Source: a virus
Taxonomy: Duplodnaviria > Caudoviricetes
Reading direction: 5' to 3' (one strand)
Virus record (IMG/VR): IMGVR_UViG_3300021363_000005
Span: 1,711 to 65,710 of that record
DNA: 64,000 nucleotides
The notes beneath the pieces are model-generated. The model searched no databases. It saw nothing but the letters and a program-made list of their open reading frames with translations, and was not told the DNA's origin. Below are positions 20,661 to 30,935 of the stretch, piece by piece. A program made the translations under genes and the position numbers. Each line of letters starts with the position of its first letter. Position 1 is the stretch's first letter.

Positions 20661-20900
20661 ATGGCCAAAGGCGCTCCCCCTCCCTTCCTGCGCGGCAAGG
20701 GTGCTGCCGCTGCACCGCCGGCACGTGGCAGCATGGGCCGTCCACCGCCTGCGCCGCCGCGTCGCGCACCGCCGCCGATGGCCCCGCCAGCTGGACCGCC
20801 GCCGATGGATCCTACGATGGCCGGGGCACCGGCTTTCAACAAAGGTGGCAAGGTCGGCGGGTCGTTCCCCAAAGGCAAGCAGGCAAAGATGCCTCGCTAA
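20661..20900 (+). CDS. small Pro-rich basic protein
   Basis: GGAGG RBS; MAKGAPPP...FNKGGKV. Confidence 0.6.
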   Translation: MAKGAPPPFLRGKGAAAAPPARGSMGRPPPAPPRRAPPPMAPPAGPPPMDPTMAGAPAFNKGGKVGGSFPKGKQAKMPR

Positions 20901-20914
20901 CTCCGGAGGTTGCC

Positions 20915-21085
20915 ATGACACGCGGTCTGATCTTCTGGGTGCTGATGCTGATCTGGTTGGTGTTCGGCGTCGTCTGGCACTTTGGCATGATCGGTACGTT
21001 CGGCCCGCTCGGCGGCATATTCCTGATCTTCGTCCTGTTCTTCTGTCTGGGTTGGCAGGTGTTCGGTCCGCCGATCAGAGGGTAG
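20915..21085 (+). CDS. 56-aa two-TM membrane protein (possible holin; not in ORF track)
   Basis: GGAGG RBS; MTRGLIFWVLMLIWLVFG...FLIFVLFFCLGWQVFGPPIRG. Confidence 0.6.
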   Translation: MTRGLIFWVLMLIWLVFGVVWHFGMIGTFGPLGGIFLIFVLFFCLGWQVFGPPIRG

Positions 21086-21130
21086 CCATGCCCAAAACAC
21101 ACGGACAAAGCTAAAGGAGGAGAATACCTC

Positions 21131-21271
21131 ATGCCCCGAGTGCTTGAAGACCTGCGCAAGAAAATCGCCGAGGGCAATCCCAAACTCAGCAAGTCCAGCA
21201 CCTATGCGATTGCCACTAGCCAGCTGCAGAAGCAAGGCAAGCTGCCTAGGGCGAAAGACAAGAAGAAATGA
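21131..21271 (+). CDS. 46-aa basic protein (not in ORF track)
   Basis: AAGGAGG RBS; MPRVLEDLRKK...KDKKK; ATGA overlap with the HNH gene. Confidence 0.55.
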   Translation: MPRVLEDLRKKIAEGNPKLSKSSTYAIATSQLQKQGKLPRAKDKKK

Positions 21272-21513
21272 CGGCACCCTCGGGGCGTGTCTACTCGGCC
21301 TACGACCGCGCCTATCAGAAGCGGCCGGAAATTATGAAAGAACATGCCGAACGGTTGAAGGCGCGACGGCACATGGTTGCGCGCTACGGCAAGGAAGCGT
21401 TAAAAGGAAAGGATGTTGATCACGTCGTCGCGCTCAAGGGCGGCGGATCGAACGAGCCCAGCAACTGGCGGCTGCGCCCGATCAGCGAGAACCGTGCTGA
21501 TAAAACCTACTAG
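21268..21513 (+). CDS. small HNH endonuclease
   Basis: DVDHVVALKGGGSN..SNWRL...ENR HNH motif. Confidence 0.8.
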   Translation: MTAPSGRVYSAYDRAYQKRPEIMKEHAERLKARRHMVARYGKEALKGKDVDHVVALKGGGSNEPSNWRLRPISENRADKTY

Positions 21514-21521
21514 GAGAGCCG

Positions 21522-22694
21522 ATGACCCCCCCATATCGGATGATCGATCAGGCGACGGGCGAAGTTGCCACCGGACCAAACGGCGAAAAGTGGGAGAACA
21601 TGGATGTGCCGCCCGGCAACATCATGGAGCTCTACAACACCACCGATAACACTACCTACTGGCCGCGCGTCTCGCCCAGCCAGATCGTGCGTCCCGGCGG
21701 CGATCCGCCGCCCGACCCGACGCCACCCGATCCTCCAACCCCACCTTCAGGAGCCGGCATGGACAAGCCCACCAACGAGCAACAGCTGCGCGACGCGCTC
21801 AACACCTATAAAAACGAAAACTATGTTGGCATGCTTGACCCGACGACGCAGGTCGAGATCAGCGCGCCGATCCAGATCGACTGCGGCGGCAACGCTGGCT
21901 ACCCGTGGGGCGTCAACGGCAACTACGCCAAGTTCATTTACAAGGGTCACGGCGGCGACGTGCTGCTGTTCAACGGGGTTGCTGGTTCAGGCAATGTCGG
22001 CCTCACGGTTAAAAACCTGCTGATCGAGGGCGGCGACAGCGGCAACATGGGCGGCGGCGGCGCGGCCTCGTGCCTGCGCGTCTCGGCCCCGCTCGGCGAC
22101 AACGGCTCGATCTACCGCTTCCACATCGAGAACTTGTTCGCCTTGGGTGCAGTCAACGGCCTGATCCTCGAAGGCGGCGTGTTCGAGGGCGAGGTGCGCG
22201 GTGCTTACATCGAGAAGTGCACGGGCGACGGCTTCCTGATGCGCCACCTACCCAACATCTCTGGTGCCAAGAACCCCATTGTCTCCAACATCCTGATCTG
22301 GCACCTCAACTCGAGCCGCAATTTCGGCGCAGGACTGCGCACCGTCTACTCGGTCAACCTGATCGGCGGCAGCTTCATCCTCAATGGCGGTGGTGGCTGC
22401 GTCGCGCCCGACGGCATCCGCTATGCGGCGGCCTGCAATGGCGAGAACACGGGCGGCCAGAACCAGTGCGTGTTCGACGTGCCGTCGAACGGCTACGGCT
22501 CGGTCATCTCGGGTGGCGGCGAGGCGTCGTCGGACGGCCAGACTCGCTGCCGCAAGTGGACGGGCAGCGAGTGGGTCGACGTCGGCAAGCCGCTGCTCTA
22601 CTTCGCGGCTGTTGGGCCGGGCGTGATCGTCAACGAGGCCCACGTGAGCTACTACGGCGGTGGCGCTAATCCGATGTCGGTGTTGAAGCCGTAG
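21522..22694 (+). CDS. right-handed beta-helix protein (tailspike/depolymerase-like)
   Basis: Gly/Asn-rich repeating beta strands (VKNLLIEG, IENL, IEKCTGDG) after a Pro linker. Confidence 0.55.
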   Translation: MTPPYRMIDQATGEVATGPNGEKWENMDVPPGNIMELYNTTDNTTYWPRVSPSQIVRPGGDPPPDPTPPDPPTPPSGAGMDKPTNEQQLRDALNTYKNENYVGMLDPTTQVEISAPIQIDCGGNAGYPWGVNGNYAKFIYKGHGGDVLLFNGVAGSGNVGLTVKNLLIEGGDSGNMGGGGAASCLRVSAPLGDNGSIYRFHIENLFALGAVNGLILEGGVFEGEVRGAYIEKCTGDGFLMRHLPNISGAKNPIVSNILIWHLNSSRNFGAGLRTVYSVNLIGGSFILNGGGGCVAPDGIRYAAACNGENTGGQNQCVFDVPSNGYGSVISGGGEASSDGQTRCRKWTGSEWVDVGKPLLYFAAVGPGVIVNEAHVSYYGGGANPMSVLKP

Positions 22695-22848
22695 CCTCTA
22701 GGTTTAAGAGCTCGACGATCCGGTGCATCAGCACCGGATCGTCACCGTGCACCAGTTCACCGTCGCCCGACCGATAGATGGCGTAGTCGGTGGTGTAGCC
22801 ACCGTTCGACTGACGGACGGTTCGTTCGACACGATAGTGTGCACTCAT
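22666..22848 (-). CDS. small hypothetical protein
   Basis: AACAGGAGAG RBS; last gene of the - strand operon. Confidence 0.5.
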   Translation of the reverse strand: MSAHYRVERTVRQSNGGYTTDYAIYRSGDGELVHGDDPVLMHRIVELLNLEATASTPTSD

Positions 22849-22862
22849 GGGTCTCTCCTGTT

Positions 22863-25829
22863 TTACTCGACGTTGAGGAACCTTGCGTTCTCCGGCTTCG
22901 ACAGGTCGAACTCCCAGACATACTCACGGGCGGGCGGATTTTTCAGTTCAGTGCCGGCACCAAGTGAGCGTTGATTTTTCGGTCGCGTGCAGAAGCCTGC
23001 TTTGAGCAGCACGCGCCTCATGTGATGGAAGTCTTGGTCACTCTTGCGGCACGCACTTTCTATCTGCGGCTCGCTTAGCAGCATTATTTTTTCGCTGGTG
23101 GCGATGCGCCCAACATAGGGCGGTTTCAAATCATACAGCTGATTTTTGATCTGTTCCTTGGTGTGCGGGTTCGTACCCTGCCTTGCGATGCCGTTCGTCA
23201 CGATCATGTTGCTGATCCGCTCGTTGACGAAAGTGCTGATGCGGTTCAGGGCAACTTGTGGATCGTCGGCATCAACAGCTGCTTCGCTCAACGTCATGCG
23301 TTGGTGACGGAATTGATCGAACAGGAACTTCTTCATTGACATGATGTCAAAGTCGAGCAGGTTGAGGTGCTTGGCTATGGTCGCGCCAAGATAGATCGCG
23401 ACGATGGTGGCCAGCCAGAAGCGCTCGCTCTCGACAGCATTAAGCTCCTTTTGAAACTCTTGTGTGCACAGCACGACCGCTTGATCGACGTTGCCGTAGT
23501 GCTGGTTGAGATAGTCGGCATAGACTGTTCCGGCGGTGCCATGGTTACTTTCCAGCAGGCGTTTGATGATCACTACTCGATCCAGTGTCAGGCCGAGTTT
23601 GGTGATGGCGTTGGACAGCTCGATCTCGACAACGCGCAACGCCTGCGCCGTCGTCTCTCGACTAGTCTTTTGCACCAGTGAGAAATTTCCTGCCGTGGTC
23701 AGCAGTAATTGGGAATAGCGCTGCGGCTTGCGGGTAGCGTTGCGGGTAAGCCGACGGTGATCCTTAGCCCCCGTGATGTTGAGCACCATCTCGCCGACCT
23801 TGCTGAAATTACTGCGTGCGTCGACCACGAACTCATCGGCATAGACCGGCAGGTTGTGTATCATCGCGATGTATTCTCTGGTATCGGCCGGAGTGCCGCT
23901 GCCCAGTACGGCGCGCATCGACGCCCACACGCTGCAGGCAATTTCCAGCGACGCTGTTTTTCCCCTGCCACTCGGTGCCCGGGCGTGGACGATGCCACCG
24001 TCGACACCAGTAAACCGCATCAGGGGCGAGGCGAACGCCGTGGCGATCAACACTTCCATTTCGATGCAGCCCTTGTCGACGAAGAAGCTGGCACCCTTTT
24101 TCCACTCGCTGAGTTCACCGCACGACTGATACTCCGGTGCTGAGTTGCGGCCGCCATAGGCGAAGCCTTGAATGTTGCCGTCCTTCTCAAGCCAACCCAT
24201 GCGACTGACCGACAGGCCATCACGCCGCTGTTGGACCAACGTGACCCATGCCGTCATGTACGGTTTCACCTGTTTGAAGTTCGAGTACATCAGACCGTTG
24301 CCGAAGCAGTGCTCGGCAAAGCTCTGATCTGATTTAAGCGAGCCTAGCGGTACGAAAAATGTTTTCTTGTCATCGAAGCCCTGAGTACCGCGAGCGATGC
24401 AAAACTCTATTCTAACCGGAAGCTCAGCCGTGCCGTCGAGATAGGTCATGCTGTAGACCGGCGTCAGAAAGACCGGGTTGTTTTCGCCATCGGTAATGAG
24501 ATGGTCCGGCGTGTGGATGAAGCCGGGCGGCAGAAAGATCGGCTCGTCTGCCAGCGGCAGGAGGTGGGTCATTACCGGCCCCGCATGACCGTTCACGCTG
24601 CCGTTCATGTGGGTGCGGGTCGGCGTGCCGCTGCCCGACAGACCGCGCGTGGCGTAGTTGATCGGCGACTGACCCTGACCGTTGAACTGGCAGGTCCGGC
24701 AGATCGCCGCCGCTGCTGTGCTGGCGCGGGCGATGGTGGCGCATGCCGGCCAGCCCTGCGGCTGGGCTATGTCGAACTTGGCGTCGGTCTGCTCGGGGTC
24801 GTAGCGCCCATCGTCGCTCGACAGATCGTGGAAATAATCTCGACCGTCCTGCACGTAGTGGCAGAGCTTGGCGAGCTCGAACCACAGCGGCTCGAGGTCT
24901 CCACTGCCGCCACGTCGTTCGCTATCTGCAACAACTGGGCAAGCTCCTCGAAGCAGCTCGATGGAGGTGACGATACGAGAATGGTCAAGACTGGCGAGCG
25001 CACGATTAGCCTCCGCTCCCCGAATTGGCGGGCGTGGTGGCAGGACGGCAGGGTCGATCACGGCGGCGCGCGGCGGGTGGCTAACTCCGGAGGTTAGCGG
25101 GAACCCGCTCAGCGCCGTCGTGACCTCGGCCAAGGTCATCGTCTCGCCAAGGCTTAAAACCTTACATTCCTTGGGGTTATTTGGGTCCTTGCGATTGAAG
25201 CTGCCCGGCAGGCGCAGCAGGGTGACCGAGTTGCGCGTGACGCCATGATCGAATTTCAGCCCGTGCTGGGTAGCCGCCTCGATCAGCCGGTCAGCCAGCG
25301 GCTGCCAGACGGCGCGCGTGATCGGCTGATCGAGCACGATGTAGGCGTGGATGCCGTGCCCGGTGCTGACGATGGGCCCCGGTCGGATCCCGATCTTGTC
25401 AAAAAACGGTAGCAGGGCGGCCAGCGCGGCCCCCTGAGAGGCGTAACCTTTGTCCTTAACGTCTAGGTCCAGCACCAACGAACGCAACCAGCGGGCATTT
25501 GTGGCCTTCCTGTCGCCCTTGCTGAGCTTGCGGTTGCCACGCCCGTCAGTCTGGCCGGTGTAACCCTGCCCGGAGAGACAGAAAAATACCTGCGCTTGAA
25601 TGTGGTTTAGGAAGCCGGTGAAGTTCTGCAGCTGGCCGTACTCGTCCATGCCGCCGAAGGCGCGGCCGCCGCCCCGGTACGGCATCGCCAGATTGCCGCC
25701 GAAGGCGTGGATATTCACAAAACTGTCAGGTGGATTTGCGACACTCCACGGCACCACCCGGCCCAGAAACTGGGCCAGCGGGTCGGGAATGTATGTGCCG
25801 TTGCCGAACGGCGTCTCGTTGCCCCCCAC
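22863..25829 (-). CDS. primase-helicase (AEP/RepB-like primase plus DUF927-type P-loop domain)
   Basis: LVLDLDVK, STGHGIHAY, LLRLPGSFN primase motifs; Cys cluster; APSGRGKT Walker A and YADE Walker B. Confidence 0.85.
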   Translation of the reverse strand: MGGNETPFGNGTYIPDPLAQFLGRVVPWSVANPPDSFVNIHAFGGNLAMPYRGGGRAFGGMDEYGQLQNFTGFLNHIQAQVFFCLSGQGYTGQTDGRGNRKLSKGDRKATNARWLRSLVLDLDVKDKGYASQGAALAALLPFFDKIGIRPGPIVSTGHGIHAYIVLDQPITRAVWQPLADRLIEAATQHGLKFDHGVTRNSVTLLRLPGSFNRKDPNNPKECKVLSLGETMTLAEVTTALSGFPLTSGVSHPPRAAVIDPAVLPPRPPIRGAEANRALASLDHSRIVTSIELLRGACPVVADSERRGGSGDLEPLWFELAKLCHYVQDGRDYFHDLSSDDGRYDPEQTDAKFDIAQPQGWPACATIARASTAAAAICRTCQFNGQGQSPINYATRGLSGSGTPTRTHMNGSVNGHAGPVMTHLLPLADEPIFLPPGFIHTPDHLITDGENNPVFLTPVYSMTYLDGTAELPVRIEFCIARGTQGFDDKKTFFVPLGSLKSDQSFAEHCFGNGLMYSNFKQVKPYMTAWVTLVQQRRDGLSVSRMGWLEKDGNIQGFAYGGRNSAPEYQSCGELSEWKKGASFFVDKGCIEMEVLIATAFASPLMRFTGVDGGIVHARAPSGRGKTASLEIACSVWASMRAVLGSGTPADTREYIAMIHNLPVYADEFVVDARSNFSKVGEMVLNITGAKDHRRLTRNATRKPQRYSQLLLTTAGNFSLVQKTSRETTAQALRVVEIELSNAITKLGLTLDRVVIIKRLLESNHGTAGTVYADYLNQHYGNVDQAVVLCTQEFQKELNAVESERFWLATIVAIYLGATIAKHLNLLDFDIMSMKKFLFDQFRHQRMTLSEAAVDADDPQVALNRISTFVNERISNMIVTNGIARQGTNPHTKEQIKNQLYDLKPPYVGRIATSEKIMLLSEPQIESACRKSDQDFHHMRRVLLKAGFCTRPKNQRSLGAGTELKNPPAREYVWEFDLSKPENARFLNVE

Positions 25830-25846
25830 GAGGTGCCTCCATGGTG

Positions 25847-27172
25847 CTAGGTGGCAGCGCTCCCGGGCTTCAGCAGCGCGTCGATCCGGCTCTGCAGGTC
25901 GGCCGGCTCGTCGCCATCCTCTTCGTCTGTTTCGGGCGACGCCCCGTTCGCCCCCTCGGCATGCGCGGTGAAGGGCAGGGGCTGGTCACCGGGCAGGGCG
26001 TGAGGCGGCGGCTGGACGATCACCTGCGCTTGACCGGCCGGCGTCACCGGGGCGGTACGGCGCTTGCGCGGCGGCTTCTGGGCCGCTGCCAGCTCGGCCT
26101 TGAGACGGGCGATCTCCTGTTCGGGCGTCTCGGTTACCGGCGGTGCCTTGGTCTCCCCCTGCGGCACATTGGTTACCGAAGGTGACTGGATCGGCTGGGT
26201 GACGAACCCGGCGGCTGACGCCATGGGTTGCGGCGTCTGCACGGCGGCGGGCGGCGGCGGGGTGGGGTTGAAAGCAGTCGCCGGCATGGTGGCACCCATA
26301 GGCTGACCGGTCGGGAGACCACTGGTGACGGGCTGCGGGTCCGGCCGCTGCAGCGGCACGACGTTGCTCTCGGCGGTGGCCTGTCCGGGGTCGCCTGAAA
26401 CCTCGACCAGCTCCTCGGACAAGATGCGCTCGACCGTCTCGTTGTCCTGCAGCGCCACGATCTCCTGCGCTTGATGGTCGTTCAGCACGCCGATGGGCGT
26501 GAAGATGATCTTGGGGAACGCCGCCTCGTAGTCGAACGACAGGCGGATGATCAGGCCATCGTAGCGATAGCCCTGCATGTGCAGCTGGGCTTCGAGCTCG
26601 CTCAATCCGGCGAACGACGACGGCGGCAGTTTCAGCAGCATCGGTCCGCCGAAGGCTTCGTTCTTGAGATCGGCGGCGGGCACCACGGCGATCCGCTTGT
26701 TGTCACTGCACGCCTTGCCCTTGCGCCCGTCATCCATGGTGCGCGAGCCGAAGGCATCCCAGCGGCAGCCCCGGCAGGTCTCGTTCTGTTTCTTGGGCGC
26801 GGCGATGTCGGGCTTCACCCCGTTGGTCGACCAGCAGTCGGGTGCCGCGAAGTCACCTTCCTTGTACTTCTCAAGGTAGAACGTCTTGCTGATCGCCATG
26901 GCCGATTTGATGATTACGACGTCGATGGTCGGGATCGAGCCCAGCACCTGCCCGCTCTGGTCACGCGCCAGCAGCTGTTGGGTGACGCCACGGTAACGGA
27001 GGCCCCATGTCTTTCCTTTGAACGTGATCGAGGCGAAGCTGGGTTTGATACCCGCCGCTAGAGATCGCGGATCGACCTTCGACGTCTCGAGAATTTTCGA
27101 TTGCGGACCGAGGTTGGCGATCAGTTGTGCAAGGTTGCGACTGCCCTGCTGGGGCACAAGTGGTTGGTTCAT
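25847..27172 (-). CDS. putative ssDNA-binding/annealing protein
   Basis: PDCWSTNG..P, CRGC..GS..GKAC..KRIAV motif typical of this replication module; low-complexity acidic tail. Confidence 0.55.
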   Translation of the reverse strand: MNQPLVPQQGSRNLAQLIANLGPQSKILETSKVDPRSLAAGIKPSFASITFKGKTWGLRYRGVTQQLLARDQSGQVLGSIPTIDVVIIKSAMAISKTFYLEKYKEGDFAAPDCWSTNGVKPDIAAPKKQNETCRGCRWDAFGSRTMDDGRKGKACSDNKRIAVVPAADLKNEAFGGPMLLKLPPSSFAGLSELEAQLHMQGYRYDGLIIRLSFDYEAAFPKIIFTPIGVLNDHQAQEIVALQDNETVERILSEELVEVSGDPGQATAESNVVPLQRPDPQPVTSGLPTGQPMGATMPATAFNPTPPPPAAVQTPQPMASAAGFVTQPIQSPSVTNVPQGETKAPPVTETPEQEIARLKAELAAAQKPPRKRRTAPVTPAGQAQVIVQPPPHALPGDQPLPFTAHAEGANGASPETDEEDGDEPADLQSRIDALLKPGSAAT

Positions 27173-27174
27173 GG

Positions 27175-27624
27175 CTACTCCTTCTCGTTGGGGCGGCGCA
27201 CGCCCACGCTGGTGAACGTCGAGGCGTTGACGCCGGGCGGCAGCTGCCCGTCATTCTCGGCAATGAAGTCGAACACGGCAGCGGCGTTGGCGCGCCAGTC
27301 GACCAGATCAAAATGGTCACCCTCGATCACGAAGGCACGGAAGGTCGCACCGTCGCGGATGGTGGCGCTCTGTTTGGTGATTTGGTAGGCGGTGCCGCTC
27401 GGCGTCGGCGTGGCGTCGAGGCCAGACTGCTGCATGTAGGCGAGCAGCTTGTTGCCGATCTCGTCCATCAGTTTGGTGAACGGTTTCAGCTGTTCCTTGT
27501 GCAGCTTTTCAAGCTCGCGTTTTCTGTCGCGCAGCTGCACGTAGTGGTCGACCAACTTGTTGAGATCCAACGGCACTGCCGGGCTGGCCGGGTTCCCGGC
27601 AGCCTGCGTCTCACTCCTATTCAT
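27175..27624 (-). CDS. conserved replication-module coiled-coil protein
   Basis: YVQLRD..TPSGTAY..LPPGV pattern; AACAGGAGAG RBS. Confidence 0.6.
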   Translation of the reverse strand: MNRSETQAAGNPASPAVPLDLNKLVDHYVQLRDRKRELEKLHKEQLKPFTKLMDEIGNKLLAYMQQSGLDATPTPSGTAYQITKQSATIRDGATFRAFVIEGDHFDLVDWRANAAAVFDFIAENDGQLPPGVNASTFTSVGVRRPNEKE

Positions 27625-27647
27625 TTTATCTCTCCTGTTCTACGACA

Positions 27648-29171
27648 CTAGTCCCACGATGCGTCTTCGAGCAAGTGAAGGAAGCTGTCCTGCTGAAGAA
27701 GTCGGTTGGTGAGCAGGTTATAGACCTGCTTCTCCATGGGCGTGCTCGACAGGTGCGCGAACAGTTGCTTGCGCGTCTGACCCACACGCCGGATGCGGGC
27801 ATTGCCCTGATCGTATTGTTCGGCGCTGAGGGGTGGGCCGAACCATACGACGGTGTCAGCCGCCGTCAGCGTGATGCCGTGGCTGATGCACTTGGGGAAC
27901 GCCAGTAATGGTGATCGATCCTCGCTGTTCTGGAACATATTGAAAATTTTGTTGCGATCACGCGGATGAACCTGACCGTGGATCACGTGCGCGGTGCGGC
28001 CGCTCCGCAGCAGATGCTCATGGACTCCGTGCAGGGCATGGAGATAATTGATGAACACGATGACCTTGCCAGCTGCGGCGTCGATGATGTCGGTCAGCGT
28101 CTGCAGGCGTGCGTCGCCGTCGAGCTTGTAGATATTTCTTTTGCTGTCATAGAGCCAGCCGCACGAAACCTGCAGCAGCTTGCTCATGAGGACGCCGGCA
28201 TTCATGGCGTTGATCTCGCCCGCCTTGATCAGCACCGTGGCATGCCTGCGCAGGCTGTCGTAGATGCGGCGCTGCTCCTTGCCCAGCTCGGTCATGATGG
28301 GCGGCGGCACGTAGGCCGGCGGCAGCTCGGTGATGTCGTCGAGGGTGTAGCGCACGCTCGGCTGGAAGTAGTTGAACGCCTTATCGATGGCCCCCGGCTT
28401 GTTCACCCATTTGAAGGCGGTGACCTTGAACATCAGCTCGTCGCGCAGGTGCGAGAAGTATTTCGGCACGCGCCATGGTGTGATGACCCTGATCTGGTTC
28501 CAGATGTCGGTCACGTAGTTGGGCATCGGGCTGCCGGTCATGCCCCAGACGATTGACATTTTGTCAGCGATCTTCTGGCAGACCTTGGTGCGGTTGGTCT
28601 TGTTGCGGTAGACGGCCAGCTCGTCGAGCAGCAGCACGTCGATGTCGCGGCGCTCCATGATCTCTTTCTGGATCACGGCGAGGCCGTCGTGGTTGACGAT
28701 GTAGATGTCGATGCTGTCGTCGGCTAAAAGTTTCTTGCGCTTGTCGGCGGTGCCGTAGAGTACCGACCAGCGCAGGTGTGGTGTCGCTTTGAGAATTTCA
28801 GCGCCCCACGTGAAATGCATGGTGCTGATCGGGCAGACCACCAGCATCTTTTTGGCGATGCCGAGTTTTTTCAGGTAGTCAAAAGCCCACAAGGCACATC
28901 GCGTCTTGCCGGTACCCATGCTGTTCAGCACGTAGCTCCGGGGGTTCTCCGTCATGCTCTCGACGGTGCGCACCTGAATGTCGAAGGGGCGTCCGCCGCA
29001 CCAATCGTAGTTCAGTGCGACGGACGCGGGGGCATCGAAACCCATGGCACGGAGCGGTATGGTTATGCGCGGGGTATGCTCCAACGTCAGCTTGCCCGCT
29101 ACGGGCACGACATCGGGGAACAGGGCCACGATCCCCGGTGTCGCCTCAACGTGCAAAGAGCCGATGCGCAT
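27648..29171 (-). CDS. SNF2-like (SF2) helicase
   Basis: SMGTGKT, LLDE, MTGSP, HGITLTAA, QGNARIRRVGQ motifs. Confidence 0.9.
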   Translation of the reverse strand: MRIGSLHVEATPGIVALFPDVVPVAGKLTLEHTPRITIPLRAMGFDAPASVALNYDWCGGRPFDIQVRTVESMTENPRSYVLNSMGTGKTRCALWAFDYLKKLGIAKKMLVVCPISTMHFTWGAEILKATPHLRWSVLYGTADKRKKLLADDSIDIYIVNHDGLAVIQKEIMERRDIDVLLLDELAVYRNKTNRTKVCQKIADKMSIVWGMTGSPMPNYVTDIWNQIRVITPWRVPKYFSHLRDELMFKVTAFKWVNKPGAIDKAFNYFQPSVRYTLDDITELPPAYVPPPIMTELGKEQRRIYDSLRRHATVLIKAGEINAMNAGVLMSKLLQVSCGWLYDSKRNIYKLDGDARLQTLTDIIDAAAGKVIVFINYLHALHGVHEHLLRSGRTAHVIHGQVHPRDRNKIFNMFQNSEDRSPLLAFPKCISHGITLTAADTVVWFGPPLSAEQYDQGNARIRRVGQTRKQLFAHLSSTPMEKQVYNLLTNRLLQQDSFLHLLEDASWD

Positions 29172-29586
29172 GCCGTTCTACCCAACGCTTGAGTGCGGCC
29201 AGTCCTTCTGGCCCACTGATGATGAAGACGGTGCCGCCCGAACGATAGATGGCGCGGCACGTCTGTCGCTGCAGTCCGGTCAGCCACTCACCCGGTGCCT
29301 TGGTCTCGATGGCAACGTAGTGACCGGCGAAGCACAAGGTGTAGTCGAGAGAGTTTCGCTTGCCGTAGCCAACGGGAACGAACATTGAAACGTACAACTC
29401 GAGCCCTTTAGCGTCAAGCTCTTTCGCCACATCAGTGAGGTAAAGAGAAACACTTTTCTTAACACGGGCTTCGGGCGTCACCGGGGCCTCCATCGGAACA
29501 GGCAGTATCGGCACGACCGGGCGCTGGCGTACCTCCTCGAAAATCAGGTCAAGAAACGCCTCTTTCAAAATTTTGGCGGTTCCCAT
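29146..29586 (-). CDS. VRR-NUC family nuclease
   Basis: TPEARVK..GYG..LDY..AIETKAPG..LTGLQ..GG.VF pattern; start uncertain. Confidence 0.8.
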   Translation of the reverse strand: MGTAKILKEAFLDLIFEEVRQRPVVPILPVPMEAPVTPEARVKKSVSLYLTDVAKELDAKGLELYVSMFVPVGYGKRNSLDYTLCFAGHYVAIETKAPGEWLTGLQRQTCRAIYRSGGTVFIISGPEGLAALKRWVERHAHRLFAR

Positions 29587-29614
29587 TTTTAAGTTCTTTC
29601 CTCTTGACATCATG

Positions 29615-29803
29615 TCAAAGAAAGCTTGCCTGCCACTCCCTGATGTAATCCTGCAGATCGACCTTTTCGTCTTCCCGCAGGTTTTCGAAGTCGGCGTTGC
29701 AATGGAGCAGATCGGCGGCGATCATCGCCTCGTCGCCGTCCATGTCGTAGCCATTTTCAGTCGCCGTGTTCAGAGCCACAAAGACCCGCTCTCTTAAATT
29801 CAT
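29615..29803 (-). CDS. small hypothetical protein
   Basis: GGAGG RBS supplied by motif B; stop lies inside motif A. Confidence 0.55.
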   Translation of the reverse strand: MNLRERVFVALNTATENGYDMDGDEAMIAADLLHCNADFENLREDEKVDLQDYIREWQASFL

Positions 29804-29981
29804 GACTAACCTCCGAGGTTATGACCGGCGGCACCATGTCTTCCATCTGCTTGAACGTCATGCCGTGGTTGATCCAGAACCACAGCATCTGAGCCTGATC
29901 GAGGTCCCACTTGGCCCCTTTCAGGATTTCGTAGCGGCGCGTCGTGTCGCGTTCGCTGTGGTCGATACGGATGTCCATCAT
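29757..29981 (-). CDS. small hypothetical protein
   Basis: ATGA overlap with the nuclease stop (MMDIRIDH...). Confidence 0.45.
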   Translation of the reverse strand: MMDIRIDHSERDTTRRYEILKGAKWDLDQAQMLWFWINHGMTFKQMEDMVPPVITSEVSHEFKRAGLCGSEHGD

Positions 29982-30718
29982 AGGTGACCCTTTCCCCAAT
30001 ACTCGCAGCTGGTCACACCGCAGTGCTTTTTGCACAGACCGGACGGGCGCGGCGGAAAGTCGTTGTTGCGCACCGCCTTCTGCAGGCCGCCGGCGAGGTC
30101 GTAAATCTGCGGCAGGAACTCCGCCATTTCGCGTCGCGTCACTATAAAATCTGTAGCAACACCTTCGTTCAGGTAGATGTATTTGTTGTTCAGCGTGTGG
30201 ATGGTGGGGAAGTGCAGGAAGACCAGCAGGGCGGTGAGCTTGAGCTGGAAGTTGGGCGGCAGCAGTTCGTAGCGTGGGTCCTTCTCGGCTCCGGTCTTCC
30301 AGTCGATGCTGCGCCCGAGCGGTGCATCGAGCACCAGCACGTCGGCTTGCGCTCGCAGCCATACCTTTTCTTTGCGCGAAAAATACTCGCAGGGTTTCAG
30401 CTCGTAAGTGCAGGCGAGGCGGTGCTCGACGAAAACCTGCTGGGTGGGCGGACCTTGCTTCATCGTCGTCGCCCAGTCGGCGTAGCGGGCGTACTCGGGG
30501 GGCAGCGGGGTGCCCTTGGCGATGAAGTCGGCCATCGCCTTGTGGACCCTAAACCCCTCTTTCATCTGCGGGCTCTCGGGTTCCTTGATCGTCTTGGCAA
30601 TATCGTAGTGATAGAACTTGCGGGCGCAGTTGGTGAACTTGTCGAGGGCGGAGAAGCTCCAATGACGACGCTCGACGACCGGGTTGCCGTGAACGTCAGT
30701 GCGGTTGAGGCTGTCCAT
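29978..30718 (-). CDS. PD-(D/E)XK (Cas4/RecB-like) exonuclease
   Basis: WSFSALDKFTNC, G..VH, E..L, ADVL..IDWKTG, QL, C-terminal C..C..C cluster. Confidence 0.85.
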   Translation of the reverse strand: MDSLNRTDVHGNPVVERRHWSFSALDKFTNCARKFYHYDIAKTIKEPESPQMKEGFRVHKAMADFIAKGTPLPPEYARYADWATTMKQGPPTQQVFVEHRLACTYELKPCEYFSRKEKVWLRAQADVLVLDAPLGRSIDWKTGAEKDPRYELLPPNFQLKLTALLVFLHFPTIHTLNNKYIYLNEGVATDFIVTRREMAEFLPQIYDLAGGLQKAVRNNDFPPRPSGLCKKHCGVTSCEYWGKGHL

Positions 30719-30935
30719 CCTGCTCTCCTATAAAGCGGCGAATGCAATGCTTGATGTCGCGCCGCTGATTGTCGAGCACCCGGCCCCGTAGACCTGACAC
30801 GGTGACGATGATCCTGCCACTAGGTCGATGTCGAAACCGCAGGTGGCTCTTCGATGTCATGCCGAGATATTCCAGATTGAACTCGGTAGCGAGCTCTTGG
30901 ATCTCGCGTTGCGATTTCAAACCATGTTTAGCCAT
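30696..30935 (-). CDS. HicA-like small protein
   Basis: TSKSHLRFRH..GRIIVTVS resembles the HicA dsRBD-like pattern. Confidence 0.4.
   Translation of the reverse strand: MAKHGLKSQREIQELATEFNLEYLGMTSKSHLRFRHRPSGRIIVTVSGLRGRVLDNQRRDIKHCIRRFIGEQDGQPQPH

Noticed and set aside
29978-30718. Cas4-like nuclease as evidence of CRISPR-Cas
   Set aside because: Stand-alone PD-(D/E)XK exonucleases are normal in phage replication modules
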